Position numbers and translations under genes: made by a program
Shown here: positions 38,101 through 49,399 of the stretch, piece by piece
Position numbering within the stretch: position 1 is the stretch's first letter
Layout: the number at the start of each line of letters is the position of its first letter
Notes under the pieces: model-generated
Databases searched by the model: none
Seen by the model: the letters and a program-made list of their open reading frames with translations, nothing else
What the model was told of the DNA's origin: nothing
Origin: Antedon mediterranea
Lineage: Eukaryota > Animalia > Echinodermata
NCBI RefSeq assembly: GCF_964355755.1
Contig: NC_092677.1
Location: forward strand, 1,882,101 to 1,946,100
Direction: 5' to 3'
Length of the DNA: 64,000 nucleotides

Positions 38101-40105
38101 CTAAATTAGGGGTGCTATTTTTACCAGAATTATTTAATTTTCTTTATTAAATGTCTTTAGATTTATGTATTTATTTTATTTTTCTTAAACACTATGTGTA
38201 CTTTTTTTTGTGTATTTTCATTCTTATTTAGTTTATTTTTATTTAGTTTATTTTCTACTAGTACTAGTAGTAATAGTTTACTCTCCCACTGTGTGACCTG
38301 ACCCGAGTCATGTTGCGTTGGTAAAGCTTTCTGTTATGTGATACTCTCGTACTATGTATTCATGTAGGGCTTAGGAATGTGTGTGAAATATGTCTCTTTT
38401 ATTTTATACACACTATCTTTAATTTCTTTAAAATTTGAAAATAACTTTGAAAGTTAAACTACTAACACTAGATATTAATTTATAATTATATTATAATTTA
38501 TTAAATTTAATTATAATATTTTATCTTATACATCTCTTTATTTTATTATTTTTTTTTTTAAATGAGTAAACACTAGTTAAAGCAAAAGGAATTAAAATTA
38601 AGAATGTTTTGACGTTTCTGTTATTTAACTGCAACCATCTTTTCTAGAGTATCTTTTCTACCACAGTATGTATATGTTTTTAAACAGATCCTATTCTAAA
38701 CATTTTCAGGGAATATTACATTTTATTTTTTAATTTTTATTTACTTTTTGTTAAATATTTTTTATACACCACAACCTAAGAAAACATAGATTATCTAAAA
38801 GAGGAAATATTGTTTTGTTTTCTTAGACAAACCAGAGGTGAAAGCAGTGAGGGAAGAACTTGTTCTACCCAAGAATGAAGCTGGTAACATTAGTTGCTCT
38901 TGTGAGGCCTTCCCAAAGGTCACCAGAGAAAGTGATGTCAGGTGGTACAAGGGCTCACAACTCATTTCGTAAGTCTATTCAATTCTACTACTGTACTGTG
39001 TATAGCCATAGAGAGAACGAATAAAATAATACAATCTTATTAAAGTCTGATGTTTTGACTTACAGTACATTGACAGCATGTACTGAATGCTCAGAACACT
39101 GCAGACGCAATACAATTACATTGACGCAAAAATACTTCGTAATTAATGTATTGAGGAGTGTACTGATACAAAATGTTTTTTTTTAAATTATTTTGGTTTT
39201 TATGATTAGTTCCAGTGACACTCAGAACTATTTGATGGACGTGGTAGATGATAGAGAAAGTGACCGTACCGTGGCTATCTTGACCATACGTAATGTGACC
39301 AGTACAAGAGGAGGAGAATATAGATGTCGATTTAGGAATCAACAAGGTGAAACCGAAAGATCCCTCTCTGTGACAGGTGAGAAACAAACTTCTCAGACAG
39401 GGCCTTGCGTTTGGTTGTTGTAGTCATTCTAACAAACCCCAAGTGTACAGTGCAGACAAGATGAATTGCTACTCCCAAGCGTATGTAATATTAATCCTGA
39501 ATTGTTTTACTCTGGACTTACGATAGGTTTGATTTAGTACTACAATACATAACCCAATGTAACCATATGGCCCAGTTGTTTGGCCAATATGTGCTAGTAC
39601 AATCAAATGTAAAAAGAAATAACATCTTAAAAAGTTCCAAAATATCTTGATAATCAATTCAACTACAGTAATCTTGATTTTTAAAATTTGCTTTTTAGTT
39701 GGAGCAATTGCTGATCGATGTAAGTAACAAACTTTATGCACTTTTGTGAATTAGTACTATTATAGCATTGCCTCTCTTCACCCAGGTGTACAAATGGGTA
39801 CCTGGTAAGGTAAAGACAAAACTTTGCGCTGATTACTAGCTGTATTATGGGAGTACTATGTTTCCATACGCATTTGATCCAAAATGACCGGAGTAATAAT
39901 ATATACAGCGCTTTATAAACCCAGAATATTATTATAGTATATTAATAACGCCCTTAAAGCACACATTGCATGTTATTATATTATCTGTACATTAATATTT
40001 TTTTGTTTAGATGCTGGCAAGGTGCCATCTGGAGCGTCCACCGTCACCCCACCAGTCATCATCTCAACTGTCTTCATGATTTTTATGGCTACTTGTTTTC
40101 ATTAA
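35125..40105 (+). CDS. Lachesin/IgLON-like three-Ig cell-adhesion protein with a C-terminal GPI-anchor signal
   Basis: Exons 35125-35173 (signal peptide), 35597-35935 (V-type Ig, DAGEWTC), 36286-36558 (LQCNATGSPMPIIKWRR..HRGLYECIASNGIG), 38827-38968 (CSCEAFP), 39210-39376 (GEYRC), 40011-40105 (PSGASTVTPPVIISTVFMIFMATCFH, stop). Confidence 0.85.
36884..37007 (-). mobile_element. tRNA-derived SINE fragment (same family as 10110)
   Basis: The reverse complement matches 10110-10220, including the A-box-like and B-box-like motifs. Confidence 0.6.
39768..39915 (+). mobile_element. SINE fragment with a conserved metazoan SINE central-domain-like motif
   Basis: gcctctcttcacccaggtgtacaaatgggtacctgg, recalled as a widespread invertebrate SINE core. 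Not verified by search. Confidence 0.45.
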
Positions 40106-40214
40106 TATCATTTTCTTCATTTTAATACTAAGTGTCTTACAGCGTACATAAAAGCTAAGCGAGCAAATCAAATACTTGCAGTGTGTTCATTAGGACATTC
40201 ATTACGACACATAA

Positions 40215-40490
40215 GAAAGCACATATATGGTTATAATGCACTCGGAAACAAATATATGGTTATAATTCACTCAGAAACAAATATATGGTTACAATGTACT
40301 CGTAAACAAATCTATGGTTATAACGCACTCAGAAATACACATATGGTTATAATGCACTCCAAAAAAAACATATGGTTATTTAATTCACTCGGAAACAAAT
40401 ATATGGTTATAATGCACTTGGAGAGAAATATCTGGTTATAATGCACTCATAAACAAACATGGTTACAATGCACTCGGAAACAAATATATT
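40215..40490. repeat. About 30-bp minisatellite x9 in the lachesin-like 3'UTR region
   Basis: atggttataatgcactcggaaacaaatat repeated with variants. Confidence 0.9.
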
Positions 40491-41793
40491 TGAACAAAAT
40501 TATCTCCAATTTGATAATCGACGTGCATCTTTAGTTAGTGGGATTCGAACCCACCCTTTACTGTACTTTTCCGTTCATTTTTGTTAAAATTAATTTGTAT
40601 TTAATCCTGAAAAAGATTTCATATCAACACAAAGTGCCTAATGTTCTTGTCCACTTACCTGGATAAGTAAACTATGCCTTTTATGTTATCTGTGTAATTG
40701 ACACACTGTATGTACAAATTGAGTAATGTCAAATACAGGTAGCTAGTAACTAAAAACAATAATCATGCCAAAAAGAGTTTTTTTTTTAAATAAAAATATC
40801 GGTTTTTGATATAAGCACATTTTGTATAGATGAATCACTAACAAGTTAACCATCTATTTTTACACATTTTTATATATATGTTTGCTTTGGTATTTGTGAT
40901 TTAATAGTTTTTGGTAAGAAGTCAGATGAAACATCATATATCATTTAATAATATACATTCCAAATGTAAAACAGATTTGAGGTAGGAAAAATGAAAGCGA
41001 TTGAAAAATAATGATTTCACTTATGAAAATAAAACGTTTAAATTTAACAAAAAAAACTGATAGACAATGGACTTCCAGTTGCCTGTTTTTTACTTAATTA
41101 TTCATTTATTAACAAATTGTATTAAGATTTGACTTAATTAAGTAACTAATAAAAACACACATTCCTCTAATGAATAATCATGAACTAATGAATAAACATT
41201 AACAGGAATAATAAATAACAAAGAAAATAATCGATAAGAAATTGGTAAAACTTCCGGTCTAATAATAAATAAGATAAACATAACACTATATATTTTTTTA
41301 ATGATTATGTAAAGTACAGTATAAATACAGAACGAATTGAGGACTAATACTTAAAACCACAGAGAACTTATTTCATCATATTAAAACAAACAAAATGTAT
41401 GTTATTGCAGTAAAATGTAGTTACTGCAGTAATGTTGAGATGATCACCTTAAGAAATTCAGCAGCACAACTTGTTTTGTATTGTTAGATGCTTTTTAGGT
41501 ACTTTTTAGTTGTATATATTTCATGTTTTGGTAGTCACCATATTTTTATACTGTATAGTGTTGTGTGTGGGTAGAGGCTGATGTTGGGATTCTAATAACA
41601 GGGTTTATGTAGTGCAAATAGTAGTTAGTATTTAGAAGGCTGATGTTGGGATTCTAATAACAGGGTTTATGTAGTGCAAATAGTAGTTAGTATTTAGAAG
41701 GATAAATAGACATTGCAATAATATAATATACCTTGATATTCTAAACATTAAACAGTTTTCACCCAATTCTCAATGCTGTATCTCCACATACTA

Positions 41794-41941
41794 TCTATTT
41801 CTGAAGTATCATAGGAACATTTGGTAATACAGCATCTCATTTATAACACATGTGGTGCCTGTATCATGTAAGGTTAGGTTAAACTAGATACATGTGAAAC
41901 ACATGTGATGTTGTATTCCTATGATACCTCGGAAATAGATA
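41794..41941. mobile_element. Small palindromic MITE
   Basis: atctatttctgaagtatcataggaa / ttcctatgatacctcggaaatagat inverted pair. A related fragment lies at about 50680-50760. Confidence 0.6.
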
Positions 41942-42255
41942 CCGTACCGAGAATCTGCTGATATTTTATACTTTTTTTCTGATCAAGTTGACATTCATTG
42001 TGAACTTTAAAAGGTTTCATAACAATTTTTTTCAGCTGTATATGTACATTGTTAATTGTTTGCGAAAGCCAAATTTTTAGTGATTTCAATAAGAAATATC
42101 ATGTAGAGTACAGTATTGTTGTTTTGCTACAACATTAAATGTGTTTTAAAAGAACTTGTGAACTTATTATTTAATTCAACCTTTTATCCGATTACACGTG
42201 ACAACATGAAATGAAGATAAACGCCAGTAGAGTTGCATGACATGATTTGTTTCTT

Positions 42256-43276
42256 AAAATCCAGACTTGGAACGGAAACATTCTCTACCAAGACACACAA
42301 AGGCAGTATTCTTCTTTGCTGGTACTATAGCATTGCCTTGGGTTATTCCACTCAAACTATCCAGCTCGTCAGTTTTTGTTTCGTATAAAATTCGGCCAAC
42401 AATCAAGAAGATCCTACCATTTACAGAAACTGCTTTATCTTTGAACTAAGTAGGGATTTGAGATTGTGGTATTTCTGCTTGCCTGAATCTAAGTCCATAG
42501 GTATATCTTGCCTGAATCTAAGTCCATAGGTGTATCTTGCCTGAATCTAAGTCCATAGGGGTATCTTGCCTGAATCTAAGTCCATAGGTATATCTTGCCT
42601 GAATCTAAGTCCATAGGTATATCTTGCCTGAATCTAAGTCCATAGGTATATCTTGCCTGAATCTAAGTCCATAGGTATATCTTGCCTGAATCTAAGTCCA
42701 TAGGTATATCTTGCCTGAATCTAAGTCCATAGGTGTATCTTGCCTGAATCTAAGTCCATAGGTATATCTTGCCTGAATCTAAGTCCATAGGTATATCTTG
42801 CCTGAATCTAAGTCCATAGGTGTATCTTTATCTAAGTCCATAAGTGTATCTTTATCTAAGTCCATAGGTGTATCTTTATCTAAGTCCATAGGTGTATCTT
42901 TATCTAAGTCCATAGGTATATCTTTAACAATGCAGTTCTTTACCCATTTGTATACACAGCCGTTGGATATTATTACTGATACATGATTTGGTTTTTGAGC
43001 CATGACTGGCTCTGGTAATCAATACAGAAGTACTCATCCAGATTGATATTGTAACAACTACACAAGTACGTCTGCCACAAAGAGAGTAACCAAAACGAAT
43101 GATGTATTTTTGAAAAGCAAATGATGTAGTGCAGTTATGTGTCACAGGTCTCCCATAGTTCTAAATCACATAGCATACAGCTACATCATCATGCATTAAT
43201 AGATCATCAGATAAGAATGATGCGCAAGAGTATCTAAAGAGTTTGCTGCACGAGATGATGTGAAAGAAAAGATAGT
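42256..43276 (-). pseudogene. Degraded 3' (propeller) exon of BTB-BACK-kelch-like paralog A
   Basis: Aligns by eye to 45517-46240, with deletions, frameshifts and an inserted tandem array. Confidence 0.8.
42478..42922. repeat. Compound minisatellite: 29-bp unit x12 plus 24-bp unit x4, derived from coding sequence
   Basis: Units cttgcctgaatctaagtccataggtatat and ctttatctaagtccataggtgtat. The single-copy source is visible at 45745-45785. Confidence 0.95.
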
Positions 43277-44699
43277 TCACAGTATCTTGCAGTACTTTTG
43301 TTCACTTAGTGAACCGTCCATTGCAGGTATAACATGCCATGTATTGTCTTCATGCTCATAACATCTTGAACGTCTAGCTTTGAATGTAACTGAAACCTGC
43401 AAAAACAAATATTAGGCCTACTTGTCACAACTACGCATTTTTTTCCGGAACAGTCCTCAGTTTTAACTTAGAGGGAAAGCACCACAAGTAGAAATTCGAC
43501 CATAGAGGAATTGTTCACCCCGTCGCCTGTGGAGAGTTATTTATTTGAGAGTGAGAAGCTTCTCTACAAACTGAGGTGCAGTCAAATACAAACTATAGGC
43601 ATGTGTGATGCGATGCAACGATTTTCATACCATACATACCTTATTGCTCGTCCTACATCTTTGATATCGCGGTCTTTGCGTTCGAGTTTCTCTAACCTCT
43701 TTTATAGCGTGGCAATGCAACGCATCAATGTACAGATCTCGACATGTTGCATCCTTCATGAATGCTTCCACGTACAGGTTCTCCTTTAAGATTCGTGCAG
43801 GCACACAATGAAGGTATACGAGCTGTAAGATACCGGCTTTGAGGGGGAAAAAGAGTTTGTTAAAACTTCAACGATATTGATATTGAATGCGAATCTTGCG
43901 TAACGTGTGACGTTCAGAGGAGAATAGTCAGCACTTTGGCGGAGAGGAATATTTAAATTGAATTTAATACGGTACATAATTATTATGTAGTGTACTACCT
44001 TACCACACCTCTTACGCAATAACCGACTGTGTACAATAAATGAAATATTCGAACCAATGGATACAATGATTGTTTATGACTAAATCATAAGAAATGTCAT
44101 TTACCAGTAAATTGTTGTCGTGCAGGCAAATCAGAATTAATCCAATCCATAATACCTAAGAACAAGTTCTCTTCATTTAGCACGTTTAATTCCTCCGCTT
44201 TGAGTATCTGTATCAACTCCCTACCACCGATTGCGTTCTGAAATTCAAAGACTTTGAGAGCCTCAGCCAAGTTAGCCATCACAAACCTTCTAGTCAAGCT
44301 TTGTAAACTTTTGATATCAAATAAATATGCCAAACTGTAGACTTTAATCTCAAAGCTTTTCCCCTCTTCAAAATAATTTGTAGGCCCTATGAGTGTTTTG
44401 ATTCCATCAATACATTGGTCAATAACCCAATGGCTTTGTGTAAAATTTGCAACCCTTAGGATCTCTGGAACGTTTTCACGCCTCAAAACGACAGATCCTG
44501 GATGTTCTATTTCTTCAAGCCAGTCACTAAATCCTCTCTTCGTCAGTTGAGGAAGATGTAAAGAAATGTTAATTTCTTTGGTCTCTCTCAAACCACAGCT
44601 GAACAGTTTTTCAAAGAAACTGCTCTGGGTCGCCAGTATTGTACTGTTAACTAAAAAGTGATGTCCATCTACGATAATCACCTTATCCCACTGATCCAT
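43277..44699 (-). CDS. BTB-BACK (kelch-like family) paralog A: open N-terminal BTB-BACK, truncated early in exon 3 (possibly a pseudogene)
   Basis: Exons 44699-44105 (VDGHHFLVNSTILATQSSFFEKLFSCGLRE..ENVPEIL..LNVLNEENLFLGIMDWI), 43836-43640 (LQLVYLHCV..RPR) and 43396-43277 (39 codons, then a frameshift-derived TGA). Confidence 0.7.
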
Positions 44700-45516
44700 T
44701 TTGGAACGCATAAAATCTGTTGTACAAAATACAGTAGATAAATTACTGGAAAATGAGTAGTTGTTAATTTGAAAACCATTCAATATTAATTTCCAATAAT
44801 ATTTCCGGGTATTTCTAACATATAGCAAATTGTTTCCTCGTCTGGTCTGTAGACTTTCAGTACTTTTGTTAGACTACTTTTGTTATTCTATCGACTTTTT
44901 ATTTAAATAGTAAGTACAATATTATTATTCTTTCTTAATTTCTATTCTCAAAAAAACATACATACATGAGCATGCATAATACAAAGAGAGAAAAAAAGAA
45001 TTGAAAGTGGGAATCTCAGAAGAATAGCTTATACATGTAGTAACCCCTGTTACAAAAAATGTATTTGAACATTTTGAAAAAGTCACTAGGGCATACAGGT
45101 AGGCTAATAATTTTAGGAAAAAAAACAAAAACAAGAACGTATTGTTTTCACAGATAACAATAATTTTCATTGAATTTCCTTCATTACAAAAGCACTTAAA
45201 TGACAACATTATTAAAGCAACAATGTTTTTTAACATAAAATTTGCCAAGAGCTCAATATATCTTAACTTACACTCAATAGAAAAGGAGTCTGAAAACTAA
45301 TGAAACATTTGTAATTGTTTGATTAAAATCATTTAAAAAAGGGGAAACGTAAAAAATGGCAGTTTTATTCTGAGTATTGCAATATGTAGGAGTATTGTTG
45401 TTTTGCTATAGAACATTCATGTTTCTTAAGGCTTAATTCGGCCTTTTATCCGATTAGCCTACAAGATAAAATGGCATAAATATTAATAAGTACAGTTGCA
45501 TGACGTGATTTGTTTC

Positions 45517-47701
45517 TTAAGATCCAGACTTGGAACGGAAACATTCTCTACCAAGACACACAAAGGCAGTATTCTTTTTTGCTGGTACTATAACATTGCC
45601 TTGGGTTATTCCACTCAAACTATCCAGCTCGTCGGTTTTTGTCTCGTATAAAATTTGGCCAACAATCAAGAAGATCCTACCATTTACAGAAATTGCTTTA
45701 TCTTTGAACTGAGTAGGAATTTGAGATTGTGGTATTTCAAACTGCTTGCCTGAATCTAAGTCCATTGGTGTTACGGTGTATCTTTACCAATACAGTGCTT
45801 TACCCATTTGTACCAATTGAAAAGACAGCCATTGGATATCATTACTGATACATGGTTCTGTTTTTGAGCTATGACTGCCTTCTCTAGTTTGTATTCAATT
45901 CTAAAGTACTCATCTAACTTTACATCGTAAGAACTGCAATAGTACGTCTTCTTAGAATGACTGCGGCCAAAACGAATGATGCATTTTCCAAAAGCATATG
46001 ATGTAGTGCAAATATGTGTACACTCTTCACAGGTCTCCCATAATTCGTCGAAGTCGATCTCATTCACCTCGATTTTCCACATTTCTTTGTTGTGCATAGC
46101 ATACAGCATGCCATTGTGAAACAATACATCATCAAATATCGAGTATTTTTCTGGTAGAAATATTTCCGCCCAAGAATTAGAAACGCAAGAGTATCTCCAG
46201 AGTTTGCACGAGTCGACGAGAAGGAAAATATAGTTGACAGTACCGACGCACTTGACGTATTGTCCACTTGGCGTACGGTCCATTCCAGGAACATCATGCC
46301 ATTTATTGTCTTCAGTCTCATAGTACAACGGACGTGTACCCTTGAATGTTACTAAAACCTGCGAAAATAAACACAATTACTTTTGTTAAAGTGACAAGAT
46401 AAAATGGCATAAAATGTTAGGAAGGAGTTGCATGACATGATTTTGTTTCTTAAGATCCAAAATGGAGAAATAAGTTAGGTATTTCTCCATGGTAGGCTAT
46501 ATGTAATGAGTTTTGCACCAAGGATTCATACCTTATTATTCGTCGTACATCTTTGATATCGTGGTCTTAGTGGCCGAGTTTCTCTAATCTCCTTTATAGC
46601 GTGGCAATGCAACGCATCAATGTACAGATCTCGACATGCTTCATCCTTCATGAATGCTTCCACGTACAGGTTATTCTTCAAGATTCGTGCAGGCACACAG
46701 TGAAGGTACACGAGCTGCAAGATACCAACTTTGAAAAAAAAAAGAGTTTGTTAAAACAACGCAGTACAAATATGAGGAGAGAAGTTGAGCAAAATTCTTG
46801 TGTAACGTGACCTTCAGAGGAGTGACGCGTATTACATCAGCACTTCGATGATTAAGGGATGAGGGGTATTTAATTTCAATTTAAGTTTGGTCATATCAGT
46901 CAGAATGATTTTAAGTTTGACCCACTCCAAGATATAACATTAAATACGAATACGAAAAAGAAAAAAAAATTGCATAAACTAATAATAAATAAAAGAAAAC
47001 AAAGCTACAATTTCTATTTAAACCATATTATCCGATCTTAACTGGTATAAAATATATATATATATTTAACGTTTATCATCTTGAAAGTAAATATATTGCA
47101 CGATATTTACCAGTAAATTGTTGTCGTGCGGGCAAATCAGCATTTATCCAATCCATAATTCCCAGGAACAAGTCCTCCTCATTCAACACGTGTAAATCAT
47201 TCTCTTTGAGTATTTGTATCAACTTCTTGCCACCGATTGCGTTCTGGGATTCGAAGTCTCTGAGAGCCTCGGCCAAGTTAGCCATCATAAACAAACGGAC
47301 TGGTCAAGCCTTGTAAACTTTTGATATCAAATAAATACGCCAAACTGTAGACTTTAATCTCAAAGCTTTTCCCCGCTTCAGAATTTGTACAGTTTACGAG
47401 TCGTCTGATGGCATCAATACATCGGTAAAGAACCCAATGGCTTTGGGTAAAATTTGCAACTTTTAAGATTTCTAGAACGTTTTCACGTCTCATAACAACA
47501 CGTCTTGGATATTTTATTTCTTCGAGCCAGTCACACTAAATCCTCTCTTTGTCAGTTGAGGAAGATTTAAAGAAATGTTATTTTTTTGCTCTCTCTCAAA
47601 CCACAGCTAAACAGTTTTTCAAAGAAACTGCTCTGGGTCGCCAGTACTGTACTGTTAACTAAAAAGTGATGTCCGATAATCACCTTATCCCATTGATCCA
47701 T
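45517..47701 (-). pseudogene. BTB-BACK-kelch-like paralog B, frameshifted
   Basis: Exon 1 (47701-47111) carries -1, +2 and +4 indels relative to paralog A. Exon 2 (46728-46532) is intact. Exon 3 (46358-45517) has YxxxxNxW blade motifs and is open except for an 8-bp insertion creating TAA at 45771-45773. Confidence 0.8.
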
Positions 47702-49399
47702 TTTAAGTAAGCTACGTCACTGTAAAGAAATAAAGAGAACGTGTTTTGTTATAACATTCGGTGCGGTGACATAAGATAATATGTTTTATTGTAATGTAAT
47801 TTCAATTGTTGTTCTGTAATTTTTAATGCAAGCAATGGAATTTCCATAAATGGATAAGAATAAATTTTGAATCTTTGATGTAGTGTTTGCGCCAGAAAAG
47901 AGAAAAAAAGACGTCTACAAAAGTGAGGTTATTATCTATGTTGTAAAAATGAAATACAAAATTGCAATCCCGGAGCTTCCCTTTAAGATGTAGACTAGAA
48001 GGGCATGGACTACGGTACGGGGCGCAGTTTGGGACATGTATAATTCTGTCTACAAAATTATTTCAAAGTAAACATTCTGTGAACATAATTTCTTCCAAAA
48101 GTACAGAATTTCTGCAAAGTAAAATTGTGTCTTCACTTTGGCTCTATTGTTACATAATTATACATTTTGTTCCAAATGGCTTCGTATCAGAGGTGTGCCC
48201 TTTTTTTCCCAAGGTTTTTTACCCGAGAACTAAAGAGGACTTCTTTTCGAAAAATGCTATAATTTGTGTAAATTCCCTACAGCCTACAAAACGGATCACA
48301 GTATCACCATATAATTATGTATAAATAACTCATAATATGTTTGGTTGTTTTATATCCTCTGAAAATTGTTAATGGACCTAACGTTCAGTTAGGAGGTTCT
48401 CAAAATACGCATTCGGTCAAATCCATCTAAGGAGTGGTTAGTTGGGTGGAGTTGTTGCTGGTGCTTAGGACATAATTGACTTGATATCACTATATTAATC
48501 TACAGTTTATTTCATGCAGTAAATATTAAATATATATTCTGCCTTAATATTATATTATATACTATTATGCCTACCGTTCTTCCTGTTTTTATTGCACAGA
48601 AGGGTAATCGGGGAGTTTATAGTTTCATAAATGTAAAAAGGCTGACTTCAGAAACTATCTGGAAAACCCAAAATGACGTCATTTCCAATAATACTGTATG
48701 AACTTTCGGGTATATCTTCCATACCAAATTGGAGTTCGGACATGTTACGTTTCTACCTCGCCGCGTCTGGTGTCTTCTTTTCTAACTTTTGTTATTCAAT
48801 CAACTTAGGGGAACTCTTTGAGACCATAGAGATATCATAGGATGGAACTATAGTTCCATGATCATAGAGATAACAATTAAGCCGAATCTTTCTTATATCT
48901 ATGATATTAACTTATTTATTTACTTGTATTAAACATTTAGCGAATAGCCCAAGAGGAAAGCACGGGTATCTCTTGAAACAATATAAATTATTCAAATTAT
49001 TTCGTAGGCCTACGTCTCCTCCCTAAGCTTTTGAAAAACAAATGTTTAAAGTCCGTTCTAGGCCGTTGAGAATAAATTACTCAAAAAGTACATCGAATTT
49101 AGACTATTATAAATTAACTAGCATCAAAGCAACAAATTACAATAACTTTGTATTTTGTTTAATTTCAGATTCTAGCTGCGATCTAATGTTAGAAATGTAC
49201 ACGTTTTGGTATTCAGAATATACCTCAAATGTGTATGCAATATTAAGTAAAATATAAAATATATGCGGGTCGACACGATTCGGAATTGCGTATCAGATAA
49301 TCGAAGATAACCCCTCAGCCCTCACGTTGGGCTCGGCTCTCATGCCTCGTCGTCGCTGTGTGTGTTAGCAAGAAAAGAGCACCCTTGCCCTGATTAGAA

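Noticed and set aside
39406-39423. CaaX prenylation motif at the read-through end (CVWLL)
   Set aside because: The Cys is at position -5, not -4, and the protein would be luminal.
43277-47701. Spliced chimera restoring a full BTB-kelch from A's N-terminus and B's propeller
   Set aside because: On the minus strand B lies upstream of A, so colinear splicing cannot produce it.
47962-48324. 120-aa intergenic ORF
   Set aside because: Non-ATG start, no domain similarity and no exon-like boundaries.
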